From assembly GCA_904063045.1 (NCBI GenBank), contig CAJFCJ010000004.1, positions 1,977,713-2,041,712 of the forward strand: DNA of 64,000 bases. Direction: 5' to 3'. Positions 37,301 through 48,500 of the stretch are shown here, one piece after another (the stretch's first letter is position 1; every line of letters starts with the position of its first letter). The position numbers and the translations under genes were made by a program. The notes under the pieces are model-generated. The model had not been told where the DNA came from. It saw nothing but the letters and a program-made list of their open reading frames with translations, and searched no databases. The stretch is from Dimorphilus gyrociliatus (Eukaryota; Animalia; Annelida).

Positions 37301-39573
37301 TACAAATAAAGAGAAAGTAGCGTTCAATAAATAATCGATTTTGTTTTTTAGATTATGAAAACGCCTTGGAGAGCGTTCTTTTCTTCCCTACCAGTGTATG
37401 CTATTATAATTGCTAATTTCTGCCGAAGTTGGAGCTTCTACCTACTGATAACTGAACAGCCGAAATATTTTAGTGAAGTTCTACGCTTTAATATTTCTCA
37501 GGTTAGTATTATTTTCAAAAGAAACGTTTAAAGTTAGTTGATTCTTGAAACGTTTCCTGCACGATATTGCCTTCGGTGATGGATATTAATCTTTGATTTT
37601 TTTTTGTTCATTTGATATTAAATAGGGTGGCATTGTGTCTTCTTTGCCTCACTTGGTTATGACCCTGATTGTGCCATTTGGAGGATACTCAGCTGATTAT
37701 TTAAGAAAACGAGGCTATCTTAGTACAACAAGCGTCCGTAAAATCTATAACTGCGGAGGTAATTCCTATAAAAAAAAGCTATTTTCAAAGGTTTCATCCC
37801 TTTAAATTCATCTTTGAACCTAATAGGATTCGGCTTAGAAGCATGCTTCCTACTCGGAGTGGGTTATACTAGGGATAAGACAACTGCCATTATTTGCCTA
37901 ACCATTGCAGTTGGATTTAGCGGCTTCGCTATATCCGGTTACAATGTGAATCATTTAGATGTAGCACCGAGATACGCATCCATATTGATGGGTTTATCAA
38001 ATGGAGTAGGAACGCTGTCTGGTATGATTTGTCCCATAGTGACCAACGCTATTACCAAATCAAAAGTAAGTTGAACTTGTATTAAAATTTCTTGCTTTCA
38101 TTACTAAATATTCTAGTATTAAGCCTGAGAAAATTGTAATGATATTAATTCGTGACTTGGGAAAGTAATTTTCTCAAATGATTAACATATCCATATACAC
38201 AATAGCATGATAATCGTTTATTACTTGAAAATATTGTAAAAAAAAAAGAAGAAAAAAAAAAAACTACAAAATATTACTAGATATATTTTATTTTATATTT
38301 ACATCATCTTTCCCTCCCCCTCCTTGTTGGGAATATGACGCTTTGAAGTGAAAGTTGTTTGGAGGTGTTTTCCCGGGATGAAGTAGATTTAATTAATTAA
38401 TTTTTAAGTATAAATGAACTTAGAATCTTACTTCTTTTTTAGTTTATTAGTTTTTTTTAGTTAGATTAAGCTTTCATTTGTATTAAATTTTAAGATTATT
38501 AACACTTGATGAATGTAAATTTGGCTAAATTATTAATATTTTTACCCTCTATCACTGAGGAACATTTGAAAGCATGCACAAATTTCAATCTTTATTAACG
38601 ATATGAAAAAATAACGTACAAATATACAGTATAATAGAGATACACTGATAATTTAAAAATGTCTATTCTATTGCCATCTAGCGATAAATCTAAAAAAATA
38701 GTTGAATATACAGTATATAACACACCTGAACGATTTCAGAGAATGGCTACAATAAAATCCAATTGAGAATGACTTTTTAAAGCTAGAATAAGCTAGAATA
38801 AAATATTCTATTTTTAATAAAATAGATGAAAAATTCATAGTACATAGGTAACTGTTCATTCTGTAAGGTTAAGGAAGATAATGATTATTTGATTTTTCTT
38901 TTCTCTTGATCTCTTTTATGAAATTTTCTGTAACAAAAGAAAGTAATGTAGTGAGAGAGCAAACATATTGTTATGTAGATATTAGAATAATGAAGACTGG
39001 TGAAATATTACACAATATTTAGTAAATATTTAACGAGGGGGAAAAATCGCATTTTCCTACAATAAACAACGAATAAGATAGGAGCTTGAAAGCTTTTTGA
39101 TATTACAAACAAACGTCAAGGGCACAGACTGAAAAGAGAAAAGAAAACTTCAAAGCGTCTTAGCGTCGTTCGTGCAGGCGCCCTTTTACCAATCAGATTA
39201 GCATAGAAAAGGGCCGTCTAATGTAATATTTAAAAAATCATTATAGACCGTCAAAGGATGGGAACACGTCTTTCTAACGGCTGCCCTTATCCATTTCGCT
39301 GGCATAACTTTCTACGGAATATTCGCATCGGGAGACAAACAGCACTGGGCCGATCCACCACCGGACATAATAGAAACAATGACACCAGTAAAGTCAGGAT
39401 CGTACGGAGCATTTCCTAATGAAGACCTTCCGGATAAACCCCCTTTGCCACCTCCAAGTTATAGGACAACTTTACAGGGTTCTCAACCGCAATTCACTAC
39501 ACAAACAGAAATGGTGCAGATAGAGCCAACTGATACCTATATGAATGGTTCAATTCAAGATCGAGAACCTTAG
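20277..39573 (+). CDS. VGlut: Vesicular glutamate transporter (SLC17A6/7/8, eat-4/DVGLUT ortholog), 583 aa; join(20277-20368, 28529-28790, 32513-32631, 32818-33020, 35852-35938, 37144-37283, 37352-37501, 37626-37758, 37827-38065, 39247-39573)
   Basis: Signature motifs: [109 protein letters not shown]. All nine introns are GT-AG, phases are consistent, and exon lengths sum to 1752 nt ending in TAG. Residues equivalent to VGLUT2 R88, R184, E191 and R322 are present. Confidence 0.96.
20541..20659. repeat. (GA)n-rich simple repeats in VGLUT intron 1
   Basis: GA runs at about 20547-20570 and 20636-20659; source of spurious ORFs 20485-20759. Confidence 0.9.
21883..21897 (+). promoter_or_regulatory. 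Octamer plus POU4/Brn3/UNC-86-type site (ATTTGCATAATTAAT) in VGLUT intron 1
   Basis: ATTTGCAT octamer overlapping GCATAATTAAT, inside a locally GC-enriched patch (about 21790-22020). Confidence 0.45.
25049..25090. repeat. (AT)n microsatellite (one of many in the window)
   Basis: Perfect AT run of about 21 units; similar runs near 25285-25313, 40665-40705, 54215-54238, 54785-54808 and 58195-58290. Confidence 0.95.
30514..30535 (+). promoter_or_regulatory. Copy 1 of a repeated 22-bp element TGACCTAATTAAACAGCAAACA
   Basis: 21/22 identical to 32131-32152; contains TGACCT, CTAATTAA and GCAAACA sub-motifs. Confidence 0.5.
32131..32152 (+). promoter_or_regulatory. Copy 2 of the repeated 22-bp element TGACCTAATTAATCAGCAAACA
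   Basis: 21/22 identical to 30514-30535; lies in a CpG-rich patch upstream of VGLUT exon 3. Confidence 0.5.
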
Positions 39574-40833
39574 AGAACTTATTAAAATATCCTATTAAAA
39601 AAAAGAAAACAAAAGTAAAAAAAAAACAAAAAAAATCCAAAAAAATCAAAACAAAAAATTAATAAGATATTATAAAAAGCTTAACGATCTAAAAGGAAAC
39701 AAATTGATATTAATAATAATAACCAAGAGTAAAACTTAAACAAATCCTAAATTCTAAAATTTCAATTTTTTCTCCAACTAATTTTACTTCTTTTTTTCTA
39801 TATCTAAAAAGAGAGAAAAAAGGAGAAATAAGTAAAATATTATGTAAAATATTATTCATTATTGGATGGGGAAGGGGGCATTATTAGTTTATTTTTAATT
39901 CTTACAGTCTTTAGCGAGATATATATATATATATATAATCAAATTAAATTAGGACCTATTATTTATAGACCCTTACCTAAATAGACTAAAATATCCTATT
40001 GGAAAGTAATTAGAAGCTTAGTTTATAGAAGTTATGTACATTTCATTTTATATGCAATTAATTAAATTATATTCAATTAATTAACTTATTTATTAATTAC
40101 CGTCTGGTATTTTCAAAAGACAATCATAATGGCTTGATATACTCTTATCAAAGAAGTTGAAAAAAAGCTTAAATACCTAATGTTCTGGAAAAGACTCTCC
40201 AATACTCTTTTCTTTCTAAGATCAAAAAAGAATAAAATTAGAAAAATGGCGCCTTCTACTGCTCTAAAATCTTTCTCTTTGGTACTTTTCAGTTTCTGGT
40301 ATATGAATACATATACTGTATATGTATATATACTAATATATATATAAATACTCGTATCAAAAAAATTCCCCCATTTAATAAACATACAAGAGAACTTAAA
40401 AATAAAAGTAGTTAAGATTAGTCAAGTCCTATTTTTTAATCCTATTCATACAAATCACGTGTAAATGATTCCTAACGTAGAAAAACATGAACAATATATA
40501 CATTTATATATATATATAGAAATCAATGGGGTAAACAAAAAAAATGGCAAAATCTACATTATACTATTTTCTCTCTTTCTTTCAATTTTTAGTGTTAAAA
40601 GATTAAAAAAGAATCTTGTTTCAAACATATGTTAAATATTCCTGAAATGATAAAAAGGTTTCATATATATATATATATATATACTGTATATATATATATA
40701 TATATGCCCATTTCATTATAAATAAACCGGCCATAAATATGTCTGTGTATATTTTCCAAATTTTCTGATTTGTTAGCAATATTTTATGAACATTTACAGT
40801 AAATATTTATGTGTTGTTCCTTACCTGTACCTG

Positions 40834-40843
40834 TAGATGGCGC
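40834..40843 (+). promoter_or_regulatory. CTCF-like motif (cctgTAGATGGCGCac) between the convergent 3' ends of VGLUT and RIM
   Basis: TAGATGGCGC exact match to the invertebrate CTCF core, in the 2.6-kb gap between the two stop codons. Confidence 0.5.
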
Positions 40844-42147
40844 ACTCGTCAGCTCGTCCGAAAAAAATAACTGTGTTCGTATTAACGTCTATTTTTTAAT
40901 CGTCAAAAAAGTTTGTCTGCTCACTTATTGTGTAAAATTCTCTTTCATGCAGTAAAAAACTTATCTCTGCAAGTTGTCTGCATGTTGTATTTGTTTAATT
41001 AACCTTTACTATAAGTAGCGATTTTATGCAAAGCACACCATCATTTGACGTGTATTAAGCAGCAATGATAAAGGTCGCCAGGCCGATTTGTACATAGAAG
41101 GATTATTTTTATATTAATTTTTCCAGATGTTTGTCAGTATTTACCAATATTAATAATATATACAGTACAATTTTGTAAAAGTGCAGGTATATTCGTTAAT
41201 CATAAATCTATACCCAATGGCGCATTTTTACATTGTATATATTATGTTCAAGCTCTCTTTCGAAGCTTTCGATTAGAGAGCTAAATATATAGTTTCTTCG
41301 TCTTTACCCCTCCCCCCTCTTCATTTTCTCCCTTTTACGGTCCCTTTTTCGTTTCTTTTGAACATTTAGAACTTTCTTAAAGTTATCGGAGATTCTTGGA
41401 AATAGCATATTATAATTGTGTATAAAATATACTATATACATCTATATCTGTGTATATAAGAAAAAGTCTTAGTATTGTGTAGAAATGTTTCTCTTTTGAT
41501 TGTTTTGTGCGTGTGTCATATCTAGGAAATTATTATGTAACCAAATACAAGTGCGCACTTAGCAGATGATGCTCAAAAAAATTATATATTCCTCAAATTC
41601 TAAACAGTAAAGCATTCAGATCAGAATCATTTATAAACGATAAACCTACTTCATATTATCTTTGATAAACTATTAAAAAGAACATTTAGCATTTTCTTTC
41701 ACTCAGTTTTCCATTTCTCTTCTAATATATGGAAAAGAAATAGTAAAAGATCCAATTTAGTGAGTTTTAGCGATATCAAAGGATTCTTTTTCTCATTTTG
41801 CAAGAGATTTAAGGTTTGATAGGAATTGGAGGGTGAAAAATGGATGAAAAAGACGGAAAAGAAGATTATCTTTAAAAATTATGTATTACTTTTGTTTTTA
41901 AACAATGATACATATATATAAAGGTATATACACAATTTATCAATAAGAAAAGCACCAACATAGTACAAAACAAAGGAATTTCTGGAAAATATGATATATA
42001 TTAGTATATATATGTATACTATTAGCATATCAATATAGAGTTAAATGCTTAATTTAATTAACTCATAAAAATATTTGTCTTTTATAAACTTAACAATTTG
42101 ATTCATTTTCAATTAACTCCAGTTTTATTTTTAGTTTAACTCAATTT

Positions 42148-42560
42148 TTAAAACATTTCGGCTAAAGTTTGATCATTTGAAGATTCTGGGAATATTTTAT
42201 ACCAGTTTGCAGAATATATTGATAAATCAAGATTATCTAATCTTATTAAAACTTCTCCAATACACTTTCGAGCTGCTCTATTCTTTATAAGAACTTCTAA
42301 GCATCGCCCATTTACGTTACAAGCTGAATACTTTATTTTTTGACGAAAACTTGGTGAATAGGTACCTTTGACTGATTTTGTTTTCTTTTTTTGAGTTTTC
42401 TTCTTACCATCAATTAACTGTGTTCTAACATAAATCTCTGGTGGGTTTCCAGATGGATCTATACGCAAGTCTCGTATGCATACAACGTCAACTTCCAATT
42501 GTCCTTTTGTTACTGTAAATCCTAAATTAATATCACCCTTAAATTGGCGACACTTGTTTC
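42148..42560 (-). other. RIM C2B domain coding region
   Basis: GDINLGFTVTKGQLEVDVVCIRDL...YVRTQLIDGKKKTQKKKTKSVK...FRQKIKY...CIGEVLIRLDNLDLSIYSANWYKIFP aligns by eye to RIM C2B. Confidence 0.85.
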
Positions 42561-45500
42561 GTTTTGGGAATATTTGACCGGGACCGAAAACAACCGACAT
42601 GTCATCCTTTCCATCTTTCTTCCAATTTTCTTCAATGTCTTCTAAGTCGCTGGCCGAAGTCCTTGAATTTGATCTTGAACTTGCGTCACTTCTTGAACTC
42701 TTTCCACCTATTGAGTCTTCTTTTCTCATACGTAACTTCTTAAGATTGTGAGCACTGTGACTTTTGCTTGCTAATCGACACTCGTTAGCAGCCGCTTCGG
42801 AGGAATCTTTTAAATAGATATGTTCATTAAATAGGTCATCTATAATCAAAAGTGCATATTTTACCTAGACTTTTCGATCTTTTATCTTGTAAGACAACTG
42901 TAACCTTTTGGAAAACATCAGACAAACGTCTTATTGTAGATTTACTCTTGGATTTTCCTAGAATATATAAGAGAGATTACGATAAATACCCAAGAGACGT
43001 AGGCGGAAATTGAAAGCGCCTTACCCGGAACTTGCAAAAACACCTCGTCAGTAGCACTACCGGCGTTGCGTTCTTCTTCGTTACCTAAACCCGAATAGTA
43101 AACATTCACTACAAACATATAAATCAAAACGTATACTTTCCATGTGCCAAAACGGGAGCTGATTTATAAACAACAGTTTTTTGTAAGGACAACAATTGAC
43201 ATTCCGGAAATTTGGAATTTCCTTCTATGGGTGTGTGGAATTTTGTAAAAACATAAATAAATGAAAAGGTAAAAATGTACTTTAGTCTATTGAACAAGCT
43301 TACAGAAGCTGCTAGTCATAGGGTTATATCTATATATATATATGGTACACAGTAGGATATATTTATATATCAAAAAAAATGATAAATTCGAATACTATGG
43401 TTCTGAGCTGTGTTTAGCTCATTAAAACTGACCTAATTAATACTATCAATCTTCAGTGTATAGCTATTATAGTATTTTATACTTTTAATTAACTAATTTT
43501 ATCTTTAAATGGATGGATCAGAATAATGTTACAGAAAAAGGCTTTCTTTATTCCTGTTGAGTTGCGGTGCCATCTATCAGCTATGGAGAAAATATACGGA
43601 AACATACATTTGTCCAAAGCAAATACAGGAGGAGATTTTAGTCTTGCATGATATTTTTTCAGCTATTAATTCGTATATTAAATACCGTAAATATGAAATT
43701 TATGTTATACTGTAATTATTGTTATTAAAGGGAGAAATAAAATTAAAAGATAAAAATGAAAGCAATGCAATATCTAGTTGTTTGCAGTTAGAGAAGCCAT
43801 TGAGTATAGCTGGTGATATATTTATTCCTTGGAAAAAGGGCGAAAATCAAAAGGTTAATATTTTCCTAGCAGTCGTAAAAATGTTCAGATAAATGATTGT
43901 GTAATTTTTTGATTGATTGGGACGAGATAAATCGTACAGAAATAATTGATTGCTCTTACTACGTACTCTAAGAACAGTTAAGGGTTTTTGGTGATGTTTA
44001 TATTAAAGATACAAACGAAGAAACACTCACCCGTTTTCTTGTTTAGAATTTCTTTACATTTATCGTGAGCAGGTGTTGCTGGAAGAGCTGGTAAACTTGA
44101 CCAATTTGGCCTTTCATAATCTGAAGATTTTCGTCTAGCTTTTGGTGTTGGACTTGGGAGTCCACAACTATTTTCGTCGTGATCTTCCAAATTATACCAT
44201 GTTGCAGGACCGGTTGATGCTATATCGGAAAGATCCAATAGTATTTCACCCATAAAAGTATGGACATTGTCAGACGGATCATCCCAAACCGTTAATTCTA
44301 AAGTAGACTTTGGAAGCTGTTATTTTTATACAATATATTTAATTATTATTCCACAAGATATTAAGTAGATAATCAATAACCCTTTCTACGCGTAATTATC
44401 TTTTAAAGAGAATTGTCCGTCTAATAGTGTTCTAATAGTGACATCTGAGATTGGTAAGATACTCGAGAGTCTGATTTACAATCAGGCAACTCCTCATTAT
44501 AGTCTTTTTAACACTATTTGACCTTAGCTCCGTGTTATAAAAATCAACAGTGAGATCATTATGTAATGTTAAATTAAGGATACAACATAAACCATATTAT
44601 GCAAATAGGCTTAGTTGTTAATCTATTTTCTGCATAATTTTAAAGAATATCTAAGGCTCGATTATCATAGTATATCGACATTTTCAAATTACAACTTAAT
44701 GTAAAAAGTTAGAATGTCTGTTTCTTAATTAGATGTTGATAAAGTTCAATTAGTTTGATTTTGGTTTTCGTTGTTAATAAGAAAATATTCATAATCTGTT
44801 ATATAAGAAAGAGCATATAATATGCACTGTGTAAAGAAAGTCTAAGTAGGAAGATCTGTATGATTTTGATTTAAGTACTAAAGAAACAATAGTAAATTAA
44901 TTGATTGAAATAATTATTATGAAAGGTTTTGAAAGAAAATTAAATGAAATATGGATAATATGCGTCATATTAAATTTACATGCAAGCAGTAAATACTTAT
45001 ATATATTCAGAATTATTAAATAAATAGCTTCTTTTACATTTTACATGATTTAAAGATGATTAAAATAATTAAATTGTGTAATAAAAAAGTGTTACGTAAC
45101 ACTTACATCACTTTTTGCAACTTCTTTAAACTCTAGAGTCTCATTCCATTCAGGATTGCAAGAGTTTTCACAAATTCTCGTTTTTAATCTTTCTCTTCTC
45201 TTTCTTTTAGGTAGTAATCTCATTCTAATGTAAGAATGGGGCATATCTTTTTCAGGCCCTTCCCTTACAGGGAAATCTTCTCCTTTCAGAGCATCTATAA
45301 TTAAACTATCTTCTATTTCGCTATAATTTATTCTTATTTTTATTCTGCCAATAACATGTCGAGTTCTTTTTATAGTATCAATCTAAAAAACAACGGAGTT
45401 TATCAATCTATTATATTTTTAATGATTTTATAATTAAAAAACAAATTAAATATTATTTAATGCTGTTGAAAAGACGCTAACTGATCCTGAAGTTTGAGGT

Positions 45501-48500
45501 GACAAACAATTTTCGGGTTGCAAGTTTTTATGATGAGCTGTTTTCCTTTCGTCATCTAAAGAGGAAGAATTACTATTTAATAATGCTGCTTTTATTAGTA
45601 ATAGAGTTAGACTATTGTGTAGAAGGATTACATAATTTTTACTAAATCATATCAAAAATTAATTACTATTTTCAAGCCATTTGGGAATGCTTTTCGAACG
45701 ATATTTATTAGACGAAAGTCTATTTTTACTGCAATAGAATTTGTACAATATATTATTATCAAAGTGAAAAGTTGTGTAAATGCTCACTTGATATGACTTA
45801 AAATTAAATGAACGTTATCCCCACTAGACGAAATAGTTTCTCGAGTTTCTTCATATGTTGCATCTATTAAACTTCTTCCATTCCATTCTAAAACTTGATC
45901 ACCTATGAAAGAGATTATTTTGTTAAATGTCAGCAAGTTTTGTTTCTCTTATAAATAATTCCTGTAACCTTCAACAATGCCGTATTGGCTAGCTAAGCTA
46001 TTTTCTTGAACATCAACAACAAATGCCCCTAGTTTTCCATCAGAATTCATTTTACCTCCAACAACCCTCATTCCTAGACCATTTGCTGTGTGGAATACAA
46101 AGAATACTGAATAAAAGAATGTTTAAAAGTATTGTATATAGACTTCTGTAAGATGTGTCCGTAGGGTCTTTTTGTAAAACAACTTCGAATGAACAGGCTG
46201 AACATTTTCTCTCTATTTAATAGGGGAAGAATTTGTAATTTCTATACAACTATTTGCTATCTAATTAAACCTCTTGAGGCAGAACCTTCAACATTTTCTT
46301 GAATGTACTGAACCCTACTGTTTCTTCGATTATATTCAAGTTCTAAGAAAAGCAATATGTAATTATATATTTCAAAGGGAAGCTTCTTCTATTTATATAA
46401 TAAACTTTACAAACCTGTATCTATTAAATCTATTGTTGGCTGCTGAATCAACATGGACGGTATAACCCATTTGGACTCTTTTTTATGCTTAATCGACCGA
46501 CGTCTTTCCTCTTCAATATCTTCTAAAGTTCTACTTACTCTTCGTTGAATTGAAAACTCTTCTTTTTGTTGTACGAACTCTCTATTTTTTTCTCCTTCGT
46601 ATTTGATTCTATCTTCAAAACTCTTTCTACGAACTGTTCCTGAATCATCACTGTCAACACTCTCTGTATCAGTCCTTTGAAAGAAGGAAACGTGGGGATT
46701 TAGGAAGTTCCAGTTAACAGGGGAATTCGTTTGATCTGATTGCGTTCCATCCAAACATCTTGAATCAACGTATTTATGGCCAGGCCCCTTTTCTGAGTGA
46801 ATGTCAGCAGCATCAACAGAATCGTATTGTCTTAAGCCAGCCAGTTTGAGCCGTCTCATCTTTTCTTGGACAGGTCTTCTTCTTGACATTTCAGAATCGG
46901 CATTTTGACATAAACTCCTAATTCTATTATCTGATTCCATCCAAATTTCCCTCCTCCTCGATTTGTCTAAAACTGAATTATGTCTTTGTAAGAGAGATTT
47001 ATTTCTAACAAGTTCATCACTTGATCTTCGTCGCTGAAATGGAGGAGGGAGTTTAGCAGACTGAACTCTTGACATTATTAGATGCTTATTGTTTGTATTA
47101 TACATTTCCACTATATCCTGAGCAGTTTTAAACATTCCATTCATATGGTTATCTGTATAGATATCCTCTGCATGGGAGAAGGAAAATCTTCCTTTTCTCT
47201 CCCGAATGGAGGTTCTATTAGAATCTGAGTCAAAGAAACCTTCTTGTTCCGATACATTCTTTGTTCTTTGCCTCGCTGCTGATTCTCCAAGAGAAATAGC
47301 ATCCTGAGGACTATTAAAAAAGTGAACCAGTTAAAGTTATAAAGTGGGATAGCGTTTGTAAATAAATAATCCGTTGTCAGCATAACCTGGTTAAGTACTT
47401 TCTGTTAATACACGGTGTCAAATAAAATAAATTATACAGCTAAGTATTGAAAGAGAAATCATTTGTTTTGAAAAATCAAAAGAAAAAAACCTGTTCAATT
47501 GAAAAGTTCTTAATGGATATTTTCTATGAAAATAGTAAAATATATATAGATATGGTTAGTATAATAATACACGTAGTGGTCGATTATTAAAGTAAAAGCC
47601 TTAAGAAAATTAAGCAATCACATCCCATATGACTCTACTGGAGAATATCAACTTTACAAGGTCATTAGAGAAAATGATCGTTTCATATTGCTCTTGTTTT
47701 ATCTCAATATTTATTTTAGGAAGATTAACAGTAATAGTCTGTATGACGTTTTATCCTATTTTCATAGGTTTAATCAGTTAGATTACTATTTGAGTATATC
47801 TAGCTATACCTTTAATTAGCGAGTGTCACTAGTAAGATATTTACTAGGTTTCATGTCTATAAAAGATTTTATTTTAAGTTGCAGAAAATTTCTCTTATTC
47901 TACATTAGTTGTTGAGTAATTCAAAGCTACCTTATTCGTATGACAACATGCTCAAAAACAAAACTCGTTTCCTAATGGATAATAAAGATAGCAAACTCTT
48001 CTTCAATATATTTTCAAAACAGTTGCTATAATTTGAATAGAGTAATGAAAGAAATATATTATATGTGAAAAGCAGAGAAGTTAGAGGAAGGAAAAACAGA
48101 AGAAGAATGAATAGAAGATGTAGAAGGAATAGACTGTTTAATTTCCTAATTTTGGAACCTTTGTATTCGTTTATCATACATATTATAGTTTACTATTACA
48201 CAAATATGTTACAATATATATACTGTATATATATATATATATATACATGTATATATATTCATATATGTATCAATGTACTTTTTAATCTTGCTTACTCAAG
48301 TGATATTCCTATGTGATTGTTGATAGTTTTTTGTTATAATGTATTTAAATTTATAAATTCTCTTTTTTTTAAGCAATAAATATATTGCATAAGAGAAAAA
48401 AATTCTGTTTTGTTCTAAGAATTACGGACATGTTACCTCTTTAATGTACTAACTGGAGGTAATTGAAGAGGAAGCGTCAGATGAAATATTCAATGGTAAC

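Noticed and set aside
40823-40832. Possible 6-nt minus-strand microexon (cag|GTACAG|gtaagg)
   Set aside because: It lies downstream of the RIM stop with no coding context; the sequence is better explained as the flank of the CTCF-like site.
42840-42864. Apparent 25-nt intron in RIM (gtaaaa...attatag)
   Set aside because: Implausibly short; the same donor reaches an in-frame acceptor at 42807, giving a 58-nt intron that matches the local size mode.
48437-48452. 16-nt microexon candidate in RIM intron 3
   Set aside because: It would insert an immediate stop; there is no evidence beyond splice-like flanks, so it cannot be told from chance without RNA data.
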